Below, piece by piece: positions 9,933 through 18,943 of a DNA stretch of 64,000 nucleotides. The notes below the pieces were generated by a model. It was not told the origin of the DNA. It searched no databases and saw only the letters and a list, made by a program, of their open reading frames with translations. The number at the start of each line of letters is the position of its first letter. Position 1 is the stretch's first letter. The stretch is from a virus. Its lineage: Duplodnaviria; Heunggongvirae; Uroviricota; Caudoviricetes. The DNA is taken from IMG/VR virus record IMGVR_UViG_3300028583_002208. One strand, 5' to 3'. Both the position numbers and the translations under genes were made by a program.

Positions 9933-9960
9933 TTGACATAAAGTAGTTACATGCTACAAT
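9933..9960 (+). promoter_or_regulatory. sigma70-like promoter for the rightward mini-operon
   Basis: TTGACA 9933-9938, 16-nt spacer, TACAAT 9955-9960. RBS AAGGAG precedes the ATG at 9990. Confidence 0.5.
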
Positions 9961-9989
9961 GGTGGTAAGATTAACAAAAAGGAGAATAT

Positions 9990-10262
9990 ATGTCCAGTGT
10001 TGAAGAAGCTTTAGCAGATTTACAAGCTTTTGCGGATAAGATGAAAGAAGATGCCAGAAAGAATGCTCCTGCTAAAAAGGAAATTCCTTTGGTTGAAAGT
10101 AAATGGGATTCTTTGCCCGAAGAGGAATACACATTATTCATGGCAGAAGTTGGTGATGAGTGGGAATGTGAGCAATATAAGGAAAAATATTTGAGAAGTT
10201 ATTCACAAGTGATGAATGATGTTTGGAAGAAGTGGATGATTAAACTAGAGGAGAATAAGTGA
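9990..10262 (+). CDS. hypothetical protein
   Basis: 90-aa ORF with strong RBS, the first gene of a two-gene plus-strand island inside the minus-strand block. Confidence 0.5.
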   Translation: MSSVEEALADLQAFADKMKEDARKNAPAKKEIPLVESKWDSLPEEEYTLFMAEVGDEWECEQYKEKYLRSYSQVMNDVWKKWMIKLEENK

Positions 10263-10537
10263 TGTTTATTAATAAAACATGGAGTACAGAGTACAAAAAC
10301 GGATACTACCTTTTACACCATCATAAAGTGGCAGAAGATTCGGGCAATTGGTATAAAGCTTCAACCAAAACATTCCCTAATTTAGGAAGTGTATCTCGTT
10401 TTATGGAAAGGGAGAGTATTGTTTCAAATGTTGATTTGGAAAAGAGTTATAATGCTTTGATAAAGGAATATGATATTGAGCAAAGTGCTGTTTGGATAAA
10501 TAATAAGAAGCGGAAGGAGGATAAGAAGGGTAAATAA
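10259..10537 (+). CDS. hypothetical protein
   Basis: 92-aa ORF overlapping the previous stop (ATGA). Confidence 0.45.
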   Translation: MMFINKTWSTEYKNGYYLLHHHKVAEDSGNWYKASTKTFPNLGSVSRFMERESIVSNVDLEKSYNALIKEYDIEQSAVWINNKKRKEDKKGK

Positions 10538-10542
10538 TTTCC

Positions 10543-10566
10543 ACATAGCAAAAAGGGAGCTTTCGC
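10543..10566. terminator. Bidirectional hairpin terminator between convergent units
   Basis: aaaaa-gggagc-tttc-gctccc, with A-run on one side and an 'ttcc' run on the other. It lies at the convergence point of the plus island and minus genes. Confidence 0.45.
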
Positions 10567-10972
10567 TCCCTTCCATTTCAACTAAGATTTCTTCAAATTA
10601 GCTAATTTAATAACACATTCTTCCCCAGTGGAAATATTTTCCGCAATGCAATACACTTCACCAATATATTTCAATTTGAAAAGCCTACTTCCTGCTAATT
10701 TGCGTCCCACCACTTCACCAACTTCGTACATGTGCATAAATATATCCTTTGAAACGAAAATAACCCCTTAAACAGAACGTCTAAGAGGTTTTTGTGATAA
10801 TAGGTAAGCTACCCTACCATAAGGGAATCAATTGCGTCTGAAACGTTCTGTTTAGTAAGGCACTCTTCTAGCACAATATCCAACACTTGCATAGGAAGTA
10901 GTCCATGTGACAGGATCATACTTTCCAAAGTACCATTTTGCTGAAAACGTTTCAATTCATCTAATGTGAAAT

Positions 10973-11464
10973 TCATTTTTCCTCCAATTTAAACTTTTCT
11001 AAAATATCTGTTGTAATAGAGTCGATATCCGATTCACGAATATCTGTTTCCGCAACAGTGTCCCATACTTTTGCACGAAGTCTTTGTTCAGGGGTTAATT
11101 TATAGACTTCGGATAATCTCCAAAGTTCAGTCACCATTTTCCCAAGGGTACTCTGATGCTCCTCATCTTCCATTGAACAAGAGACATTGTGCAAAAGGTT
11201 ACCTATTGATGAAAGTTGCCCTTGCAGGGAATCTTCATCCATCAGAGAATGTTCTACTTCATCTTCTTTTTCTTGATAAGGTCTTTCTGTTACAGTTCCA
11301 TCTAAGATACAAAGATCTAAATTCACAGTATAATCACCATACAATAATCGAGCAAAACCATCGCGTACCTTTTTAGCAAAACTATTAATATAAACCCCCC
11401 TAGTTACCTTTATATGCAAATCAAAACCTTCAGGAGCTTCTTCCCAATTTACTTCTTCATTCAT
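10973..11464 (-). CDS. hypothetical protein
   Basis: 163-aa ORF. Confidence 0.4.
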   Translation of the reverse strand: MNEEVNWEEAPEGFDLHIKVTRGVYINSFAKKVRDGFARLLYGDYTVNLDLCILDGTVTERPYQEKEDEVEHSLMDEDSLQGQLSSIGNLLHNVSCSMEDEEHQSTLGKMVTELWRLSEVYKLTPEQRLRAKVWDTVAETDIRESDIDSITTDILEKFKLEEK

Positions 11465-11750
11465 AATTGTTTCTCCTAATAACTTGTCACACAGAGGTAA
11501 ACTTTACACTTGTCATAATTTTTAATGACATCAGCTACACTATGATCTTTCATAAAAGTGTTCATATCCACCCCAACAAGGCAACCTTCTTCAGAAGACT
11601 CTAGTTCCACTCCAAATAATCCCGCATCGTAAAAGTAAGATACTAAGTTTACATCGCAATCATTTTTCAAATCAAGTTTATCTTGTTGCGAGTAGAATTC
11701 TGCTTCTGACTCAGGTATTCCGTATATTAGTTTTGCTACGTGCGTTGTGC

Positions 11751-12185
11751 TCATGTTATTTCTCCTTCTAAAAACTGTTGTATCGCTGGTATTAACAGTC
11801 TCATATCAAACTTTTCTTTTAAAAGTTGCTTTCCTTCATAATACAATCCGCAGGAGTCTATTTCCACTGGGTTATGTTTCCACCATGCCGCTCTAATACT
11901 ACTCCCCCACTCAAGCTTATCTTCGAAGAAAGGGTAGCTTACTGTCCTTAAATAGAGTTCATAACTTTCCTCTGACTCAATGAATTGAAAGTTGTTTCTT
12001 TTAGTGATAACATCACAAATTTTAAGAAACTCTAACCCCATCTTATCCTCGATACTGCTGTCATATGTCCATATTAAGAATACTTGGGTAGCAATGAAAT
12101 TTAATTTTGAAGGTGGTTCACAAGTAAAACAATTCTCTTTGCTCTCTTGGTAACTTTCTTCTAACATTTCAAGGTAATCCATCAT
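11751..12185 (-). CDS. hypothetical protein
   Basis: 144-aa ORF. Confidence 0.4.
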   Translation of the reverse strand: MMDYLEMLEESYQESKENCFTCEPPSKLNFIATQVFLIWTYDSSIEDKMGLEFLKICDVITKRNNFQFIESEESYELYLRTVSYPFFEDKLEWGSSIRAAWWKHNPVEIDSCGLYYEGKQLLKEKFDMRLLIPAIQQFLEGEIT

Positions 12186-12759
12186 ATTTCTCCTTCTCCA
12201 ATTGTAATGTACTCATCTGAAAAATACCCTTACCGCCAACACTCACTACCATCGAAGGAAATGGTGCTGGGTTCATTTTTCCAAACTTTTGATAAAGGGA
12301 ATTCTTCTTTCCATCAATAAACTCTTGTTTCCACACCCATTGCCAATAAGCATCATCTCCGAATGTAATACGACCTTTTATAAAATAGACAGCATTCGCC
12401 TTGGGAAGAATAACATCGTGGAAAAGTTGTGTGTCTGTGCGAGAAGGGATTAATATATCCGCAAACACGTTTTCTTCTTCACACAAAGTGATTACCTTTT
12501 CTACAAACTTCTTCTGCATTGTTCCATAAGGCGGATTGACAAACATTTCCACTTTAGGGAGGTTAAACTTTTCTCGTATACTATCCACTTTAAACAAGTC
12601 ATCTTCTTGTGTGATGAATAACTTACATTTTGCGGTAGATTCTTCGCAGCAGGGGTCAACATTGTAAGAACGTCCTAATTGCTGTTCTATACTTCGAAAA
12701 GTGACCTCTCTAGTTGCCCATTTTTGGTTGTCGCTGCTAAACATTAAACTTTTATTCAA
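12169..12759 (-). CDS. dam: Phage Dam-type DNA N6-adenine methyltransferase, orphan
   Basis: 'KVEMFVNPPYGTMQKKFVEK' gives the NPPY catalytic motif of the phage Dam_MT family. The 196-aa size is typical. Confidence 0.65.
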   Translation of the reverse strand: MNKSLMFSSDNQKWATREVTFRSIEQQLGRSYNVDPCCEESTAKCKLFITQEDDLFKVDSIREKFNLPKVEMFVNPPYGTMQKKFVEKVITLCEEENVFADILIPSRTDTQLFHDVILPKANAVYFIKGRITFGDDAYWQWVWKQEFIDGKKNSLYQKFGKMNPAPFPSMVVSVGGKGIFQMSTLQLEKEKYDGLP

Positions 12760-12760
12760 A

Positions 12761-13297
12761 TTATTCTCCTTCTACCAAAGCATCTTCACACATGAACACA
12801 TTTTGCAGCACACGTGATGTATCTTTCCCTTCTAAAATAAATAAACTTTCACTAGGTGTATCCAATGTAGTGTAAATTATTCTCATTGTTGTAACAGGGT
12901 CAATTCCCCAAGATTGCAACTTGCTGCCAATGTACATTAAAAGGTTGCGGTATTCTAGTACAGTCATATCCATTTTAACGTCACCTATCACTCTGTAGGG
13001 AGAATGGTATCCTATAACACTTTCCTCAAAGATACAAGCTTGTTTGGCAGAAGATGCCATATAACCTGCTGCGGAAAGTGCTTTCCATATTACAAGGTTA
13101 ACTTCTTTTTCATTTATACAATCACCTGCTTTCATAAAAGCGAATAAATTTCCGCCATTACTATCTACTGCAACAACTTGGTGAGGCTCTAACACTTCGC
13201 AAAACTCTTCTGCTTCTGTCATAGTGTTCATGGAGGTGATGGTGAGCATTGATGCAAACATAATACTTATCATAGTATTTCCTCCAATTCTACCCAA
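12761..13297 (-). CDS. hypothetical protein
   Basis: 178-aa ORF. Confidence 0.4.
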   Translation of the reverse strand: MGRIGGNTMISIMFASMLTITSMNTMTEAEEFCEVLEPHQVVAVDSNGGNLFAFMKAGDCINEKEVNLVIWKALSAAGYMASSAKQACIFEESVIGYHSPYRVIGDVKMDMTVLEYRNLLMYIGSKLQSWGIDPVTTMRIIYTTLDTPSESLFILEGKDTSRVLQNVFMCEDALVEGE

Positions 13298-14742
13298 CCA
13301 TTCCCTACATTTACAATGAACTTTTCTGAAAGGATAAATAAATCTTTGATATCAATCTTAACTTTTACATGAGGTACTTGCACATAATACTCATCGTAAG
13401 TTTTCCTCTGCGTAAAGAAATCATTAGCTACATAGGGTTCTAATAAACGTTTAGCATCACCTTCGATAATACCTAATCTTCCTAAATGTAAATCAATCAT
13501 CACCATCGGTCATCTCCCTAATTTCAATATCGGCTGTATCTGTAAGAATGAAAAGACGCGCTCCACAACTTAACGGCTTATCAGGAGAATATATCACCTT
13601 CGCCACAACTTTACCAGTGTCTTTACAAACTAATTCTGCATTGTTGAAATAGTTATTTTCTTTATAAGTTTTACTTGTCACAACAGGTAACCTTTCTTCT
13701 GGTGGAAGTTTTATATTTTTCCTGATGTGATTTTGATTTACGTGGGTATACTGTTTCATAATTAATCATCCTCTTCATTATCATTCTTATCGAAAAAGTC
13801 AAAACCCTTATCCGATAATATTACACTTCCCATCACAAGGAGTAACCACATTCCCACACTAGGGACTGGATACTGCTCAACTGGAACACCTGTGTGATAA
13901 AATATCCCTAGCCACAAAACTGCAAATAGGAAAGGCGAACTATTTTTAAATTGGTCTCTCTTTCTCATTTGGAGCACTCCTTTTTAACAATAGTGGATTC
14001 TTCTTCAAACACCTCTTCAAAGAATTGGAATTCGTTTCTGGCTATCAGAGTCATGGGTAATCCTTTTAAATATAAAAGACATCCCTCATCCACAAACCCT
14101 TCAAAACAATTATTCTTTAAGTGCTCCCTCAACAAAACATAGTTTAAATGGTGAGAGGATTTAAAACCCTCTTCATCAATCAACTTAAACTTTCGTAATT
14201 TATCTTCACTCATAATATTCTCCTAAGTATATTGCAAGTATTTCTGCTGGTGTTTTAAAGCTTAATCTAGTGGAACGCAACGGTTCAACCCATTCTACCC
14301 ATTTCCCTTCTTCTAAAGCATACCATTTCTCTTCTACCGTATGGTAAAATCTATCCCTTTCTGTAGAATAATTCTCCCATCCGAAAGGAGCTTTTGATAA
14401 AATATCTTCTGCCTCTTGTCTAGTCATAATACCTCCCGCTTAATTAAATTTAATCTTCTTATATAAAAACACTTTTATGCTTCTCATACAAAGACACCCT
14501 CTCACCAATAAGTAAATATTAGCAAAAGGGTGTTATGGTGTCAAATGTTATTTAACAATTTAATGAAATTAATTCTTCGTAAAAAGAGATAACTTCTTTT
14601 ATGTAATATACTTTTTCTATTGAAAGGTTTTCGTTCAAGTCTAATGAGGTGGTATTGTTTACTCTTCGGTATTCAAACAAATTACCCCTGACATGAATAA
14701 CATCACCAACAGACTCACACTTTATTCCAGTTAACTTTTCCA

Positions 14743-15807
14743 CTATGAGTTTTCCTCTTTTTCAATAAGACAATCTACGTAATTGATAATCTTATTTATA
14801 ATAACATTAACATCTTTTGTATTATGTGCAACACTCTTGACACCAATATCTTTTGCTAAAGTGATCAGCTCACTTCGGTCAAGGTTATCCTCTAGCCAAA
14901 TATTAGAAACAACCACCTCATCGTCATATTCTGCAATATCTAACACCGCTTCCGTGATAACACCATCTTCATCTAAAGTGTACATACATATCGCCGCAAT
15001 TTCATCTTTCACTTTGATGGTAAATGCATTTGAATAATCAGAAGACTCTTCTTCCGAAGTTTCCACACTTTTAGGAAGGTTATCCAAATCAATTTCACCA
15101 GATTCGAAAGCTTCATCTAAAAGTGGGGTAATCTTCTTAATGGCATCCACTTCTGCTTGAGTTACCTTTCCACTTGTTAGAAGGTGATTCAATCCTGCAT
15201 CAAGGGCTTCATCTTCGGCGGCAATTTGTTGGTCGAACATTTGGTTCATGGCTTCTTTGTATGAACCTTCACGGTACTTGTACATTCGTTGTAAACGTTC
15301 TTCTATTTCTTCTCCGCAAAAGATAAAATCTTTATCATGGTCAATCATTAATGAAAGTTCTTCCTCACTTAAGAAACCAAGATATACAGTTTCAAAAAGG
15401 CTTCGTACTTGTCGCTTGTAGCTTTCTGCACGTTGGATAGATTGTGATGGTGTTCCATAATTACCACCTGAACCACTGTGTAATAACATTTCAGAAGCAA
15501 TACCTACTTCGTGAGTCGTACACGCTAAAAAGATAATACTTCCGCAAGAGTGACATGAGCTACGAAGGATACCATGCACACCAGCTTTGCAATTTACAAT
15601 GGCGTTGGTCATTTCGATACCTGTAGCGAGAGAACCTCCATTTGAGTTAGTGGTAATAGCCACTTCATCCCCTTGACGAGCTTGTTCCAAAGCTTCCAAT
15701 TCGAAACGGTAATATGATGGTTCTATTATCTCATCATCAAAACGTAGTTTGAATCGTTGGGTTAGTGGTTCTACTACTACAGAATTATTTAAACTTTGCG
15801 TTTGCAT
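14743..15807 (-). CDS. ClpP-family (S14) serine peptidase-like protein with a ~150-aa acidic C-terminal extension
   Basis: 'TNSNGGSLATGIEMTNAI', 'GILRSSCHSCGSIIFLAC' and 'MLLHSGSGG' align to the ClpP nucleophile, His and oxyanion regions. The C-terminal 150 aa are D/E-rich. Confidence 0.55.
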   Translation of the reverse strand: MQTQSLNNSVVVEPLTQRFKLRFDDEIIEPSYYRFELEALEQARQGDEVAITTNSNGGSLATGIEMTNAIVNCKAGVHGILRSSCHSCGSIIFLACTTHEVGIASEMLLHSGSGGNYGTPSQSIQRAESYKRQVRSLFETVYLGFLSEEELSLMIDHDKDFIFCGEEIEERLQRMYKYREGSYKEAMNQMFDQQIAAEDEALDAGLNHLLTSGKVTQAEVDAIKKITPLLDEAFESGEIDLDNLPKSVETSEEESSDYSNAFTIKVKDEIAAICMYTLDEDGVITEAVLDIAEYDDEVVVSNIWLEDNLDRSELITLAKDIGVKSVAHNTKDVNVIINKIINYVDCLIEKEENS

Positions 15808-15809
15808 GG

Positions 15810-16538
15810 TTATTCTCCTTCATTGTTTTGATCTTTTATTGCTAAAGCGTCTATGTGCTTTTCAAAATTATTAAGGTATTCATAAACCCTATCGTCTACA
15901 AGACCACGGTATCTTTTAGCCAACACTTTCGCTAATCTAACTTTCTCTTTTCTGTAAAGCTCATAACCCTCTTTTGGACAAGTTGTTCTCCCCAGTGTTT
16001 TATTCTTACCGTCTAGTTGGGCACAAGATACTATATATTTTCCACCTGACTTAGTGTACCCCTTCTGCCACGAAACCCCTGCATAACCAGATTTACTTGA
16101 CCTCCGTCTGAAAGTTAAAAAACTATTTATAACTATAGGGATGAATACACAAGTGTCTTCTGAATATACCTTACCTTCTTCCGATAAAATATCCTTGTCC
16201 AAAACCCAACCTTTGTTATTGAAACCTGTTTGTTGTCTACACCACTCCACAAAATAATTATAATCTTTGAAGTTATCTGATAAAGAAACTCCTGTATAAC
16301 AGAAGTCTCCTTTTCCCGTATGCTGGGATCTAACTCTGCTACACATATTAGTATGCAGACAGCCCTCTTTAGTCTGTAAGTTTCTACCACAAGAACCCTT
16401 ATAGACTTTATTATATTTACCATCTACGAAGGTTGCAGGTAACCTTTCTCTGTGATCACTTCTTATATTTTCCAAGAGATACCTCTCGTTCCTTAGCTTT
16501 AACAACTGTCTTACATAAACCACCACGAACAATGTCAT
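15810..16538 (-). CDS. AP2-domain endonuclease-like protein (HNH-AP2 homing-endonuclease type)
   Basis: 'SGYAGVSWQKGYTKSGGKYIVSCAQLDGKNKTLGRT...YELYRKEKVRLAKVL' is an AP2 DNA-binding domain. The N-terminal Cys/His-rich segment is compatible with HNH. It overlaps the 3' end of phoH. Confidence 0.5.
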   Translation of the reverse strand: MTLFVVVYVRQLLKLRNERYLLENIRSDHRERLPATFVDGKYNKVYKGSCGRNLQTKEGCLHTNMCSRVRSQHTGKGDFCYTGVSLSDNFKDYNYFVEWCRQQTGFNNKGWVLDKDILSEEGKVYSEDTCVFIPIVINSFLTFRRRSSKSGYAGVSWQKGYTKSGGKYIVSCAQLDGKNKTLGRTTCPKEGYELYRKEKVRLAKVLAKRYRGLVDDRVYEYLNNFEKHIDALAIKDQNNEGE

Positions 16539-17223
16539 CTGATGTAGCTCGAATAACCTCTACAAACTCTTCAAGTTCAGGGTTATTCTTAACAAATTCT
16601 ACCAACCACTGAATACCATTTTGACCTTTTATGTCGTTTTGGGTCGGATCACCAATACATATGAGGCATCCTCCTTCCGCGATCCTTGTCAACATAGTGT
16701 ACATCTCTTCTGGCTTAGTGTTCTGGCATTCTTCTAAAACCACTACTTGGTCAATACTACGTCCACGAATATACTCTAAGAGTGCAAATTGAATAGTACC
16801 ATTGTTCAAACTACTCTCATAAAAACCGTGACCGTATCTCTCTGAAATAACATCCACTAAAGGAAGTAAATATGGTTCATATTTCTCTCTTAAACCACCT
16901 TTAAGTAAGCCTACTGAAGAACCCATACCTACAGCGGGACGAGTTAGGTAACAAGTGTCGTAAATCCCCTTTTTAAGCCAGTCAGTAACTTCTGACATAG
17001 TTAAGTAACTTTTACCAACACCAGCGGGTGCATCAAATACAATACAAGACTTAGTCTGTAGTGCTTGAAGGAATTGTCTTTGCACATCATTCTTAGCCTG
17101 TACAGGAGGTTTTAGGTAAGTGTGATTTTCATCTCGAACGACTTTCCCTTTTTCCGATTTCTTTTCCCAACGTTCTTGAACAACTTTTTGTTTATTACGT
17201 TTACCTGAACGATTACGAGCCAT
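16456..17223 (-). CDS. phoH: PhoH-like P-loop ATPase
   Basis: 'IVFDAPAGVGKSYLT' P-loop, and the overall PhoH layout '...VVLEECQN...IGDPTQNDI'. Confidence 0.8.
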   Translation of the reverse strand: MARNRSGKRNKQKVVQERWEKKSEKGKVVRDENHTYLKPPVQAKNDVQRQFLQALQTKSCIVFDAPAGVGKSYLTMSEVTDWLKKGIYDTCYLTRPAVGMGSSVGLLKGGLREKYEPYLLPLVDVISERYGHGFYESSLNNGTIQFALLEYIRGRSIDQVVVLEECQNTKPEEMYTMLTRIAEGGCLICIGDPTQNDIKGQNGIQWLVEFVKNNPELEEFVEVIRATSDDIVRGGLCKTVVKAKEREVSLGKYKK

Positions 17224-17289
17224 ATATCACCTCTTAATTAATAATTATTATGAAAAAACTGCTTAACCTTTAAACTGTAACCTCCTCCT

Positions 17290-17871
17290 CTAAAAGGGAA
17301 GATACTCTACTCTGTTTACAATTTGCCCATAAACAAAAGTTTCATCCTTCTCTCTACGCTCTGCCAATTCAACATAGTACACTTGCTGAAAACTATTCAA
17401 CCCATTAAAAATGTATCTCTCTGCTTCAAGTTCTCCTCTTCTTTTGCACAAAGCTGTATATGCACCAATAGATTTACTACCTAAGTATCCATCCACTTCT
17501 ATGTCTTTGTAATACTTCTGCTTACAATTGGATACATTCAGTAAACGTTGAAACCACTTTATAGGAGCACGATAACCTACATTAACACCAGAGTCCATCA
17601 TTTCTTTTGCTAAAGTTTCTGACACTTCTGCAACAAGGTTAAATTTAGGGGTAAGGTAATATTCGGTGACATATAAATCTTGTGCAAAGGTTATTGGTAA
17701 TTCTGACATATGTCCTTTGTAACCATTAGCTCTTGCCACCTTCTCCGTCACACCATATTTGGTTGCACCACCAGAATCATCCTTGTTATCAACATAACCT
17801 CCTTCCACATCAATAATATGGTCAACTATTTCCTGCACAAAATGGGGTGCATTTTTGTAACTATTCTTCAC
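17290..17871 (-). CDS. GH108 muramidase with PG_binding_3 domain (TtsA/endolysin-like)
   Basis: 'IIDVEGGYVDNKDDSGGATKYGVTEKVARANGY' matches the GH108 signature. Confidence 0.7.
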   Translation of the reverse strand: MKNSYKNAPHFVQEIVDHIIDVEGGYVDNKDDSGGATKYGVTEKVARANGYKGHMSELPITFAQDLYVTEYYLTPKFNLVAEVSETLAKEMMDSGVNVGYRAPIKWFQRLLNVSNCKQKYYKDIEVDGYLGSKSIGAYTALCKRRGELEAERYIFNGLNSFQQVYYVELAERREKDETFVYGQIVNRVEYLPF

Positions 17872-18590
17872 TCTCTTTCCTCCGTTTTCTCACCAGTTTT
17901 AACAATCGTTTCCTCTTCTCCCTTTTGTTCACCTTCTTTTTGCTTATCGGCTTTTTCTTTAGCATATACTTCCATCTTAGCTTGGTATTGTTCTTCTGTC
18001 AAACGTCTAAGCTTACCTTCTTTGAACAATCTTTTCAAAATGTCCAACCCCATCTTAATAATAGTAGCTTTACTACGAGTAGATACTTCTATAACAGTGG
18101 TGTTCTTAGCTTTTAAGTGTTTATCCTCTTCCACATTAAAAGTATTAAACCATCTAGCAACTTTCTCTCTTGATAAATCACCTGTCTTAAGTTTGTGAAT
18201 ATAAGCGTTGATAGTAGCCCATGTTATAGGATTACCTGTCCTATTGTTAATATTATTAGCAATAAGTTCGGCTCTCTTCTGCTTACGGTCATCTTTCAAT
18301 TCACGTAAAGTTTTCTTAATTAACCTAAAGGCTTCCACTTTTTCCATATCAGTAGGAGGATGGACAAATAACATATTCTTATGTATCTCACTCCTACTTT
18401 CTGAAATCTCAAACCCCCTTATACCAAAGTGGTGTGCCGTTAGGACAAGGGAGTGAGAAGATGGACAAAAGACTTCCCCAGTGTAAGGATAATATTTAAA
18501 CTGGATATTACCTTCTGAGAAATTAACTATATCATCAGAAGCTGTTTTCCTCTTAACAATATTTCTTTTCTTTTTTGTCATAGTGCCCAA
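17868..18590 (-). CDS. Basic DNA-binding protein, possibly a homing-endonuclease-like accessory protein
   Basis: 'TWATINAYIHKLKTGDLSREKVARWF' resembles NUMOD/IENR-type HTH modules. The N-terminal His-rich region and K/E-rich tail are uninformative; no clear catalytic motif. Confidence 0.3.
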   Translation of the reverse strand: MGTMTKKKRNIVKRKTASDDIVNFSEGNIQFKYYPYTGEVFCPSSHSLVLTAHHFGIRGFEISESRSEIHKNMLFVHPPTDMEKVEAFRLIKKTLRELKDDRKQKRAELIANNINNRTGNPITWATINAYIHKLKTGDLSREKVARWFNTFNVEEDKHLKAKNTTVIEVSTRSKATIIKMGLDILKRLFKEGKLRRLTEEQYQAKMEVYAKEKADKQKEGEQKGEEETIVKTGEKTEERE

Positions 18591-18601
18591 TCTTCCTAAT
18601 A

Positions 18602-18943
18602 TTAACCTTTCTGTGGTAATGAAGCTTTTAAAGAAGCTTTCACCCCTTTAGAACAATTAAGCTCCTCGATAACAGTGTCCATATTTTCCAAAGTGTGATT
18701 ATACTTTTGGATGTTTTGGTCATACATTGTCAGGAGGTATTTAACTTGACCAACAACCTCATAAACGAAATCGTTTAAAGTATCCTGTAATTCTTGGTCA
18801 ACATTATCCAATGCCGAAACGTGTTCTAACATTTTGATAATGATTGCTTCTAGTTTGGCGTAATCTTCTTGGTAATTTGAGCCATTTGATTCTTGTGTCA
18901 TGGTTTCTCCTTTTATGAATATTTGTTGATTATAGAAGTACAA
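18602..18943 (-). CDS. hypothetical protein
   Basis: 113-aa ORF between nrdB and the DNA-binding ORF. Confidence 0.4.
   Translation of the reverse strand: MYFYNQQIFIKGETMTQESNGSNYQEDYAKLEAIIIKMLEHVSALDNVDQELQDTLNDFVYEVVGQVKYLLTMYDQNIQKYNHTLENMDTVIEELNCSKGVKASLKASLPQKG

Noticed and set aside
17710-18456. Plus-strand ORFs (162, 89 and 82 aa) antisense to the minus-strand genes at 17868-18590
   Set aside because: Low-complexity S/L/F-rich translations typical of antisense reading of K/E-rich genes; no RBS. Similar antisense ORFs elsewhere were rejected for the same reason (834-1046, 2602-2980, 3569-3937, 4025-4507, 5538-5780, 8206-8563, 11071-11376, 14783-15037, 26054-26335, 26714-26914, 27424-27735, 28160-28360, 28925-29233, 29907-30346, 31576-31989, 32423-32650, 35768-35995, 36735-36995, 38244-38435, 38930-39280, 39556-39939, 40822-41040, 41230-41421, 42149-42361, 46067-46264, 47779-48039, 48818-49045, 52090-52365, 56139-56327, 56392-56923, 57951-58184, 60928-61188, 62209-62592).
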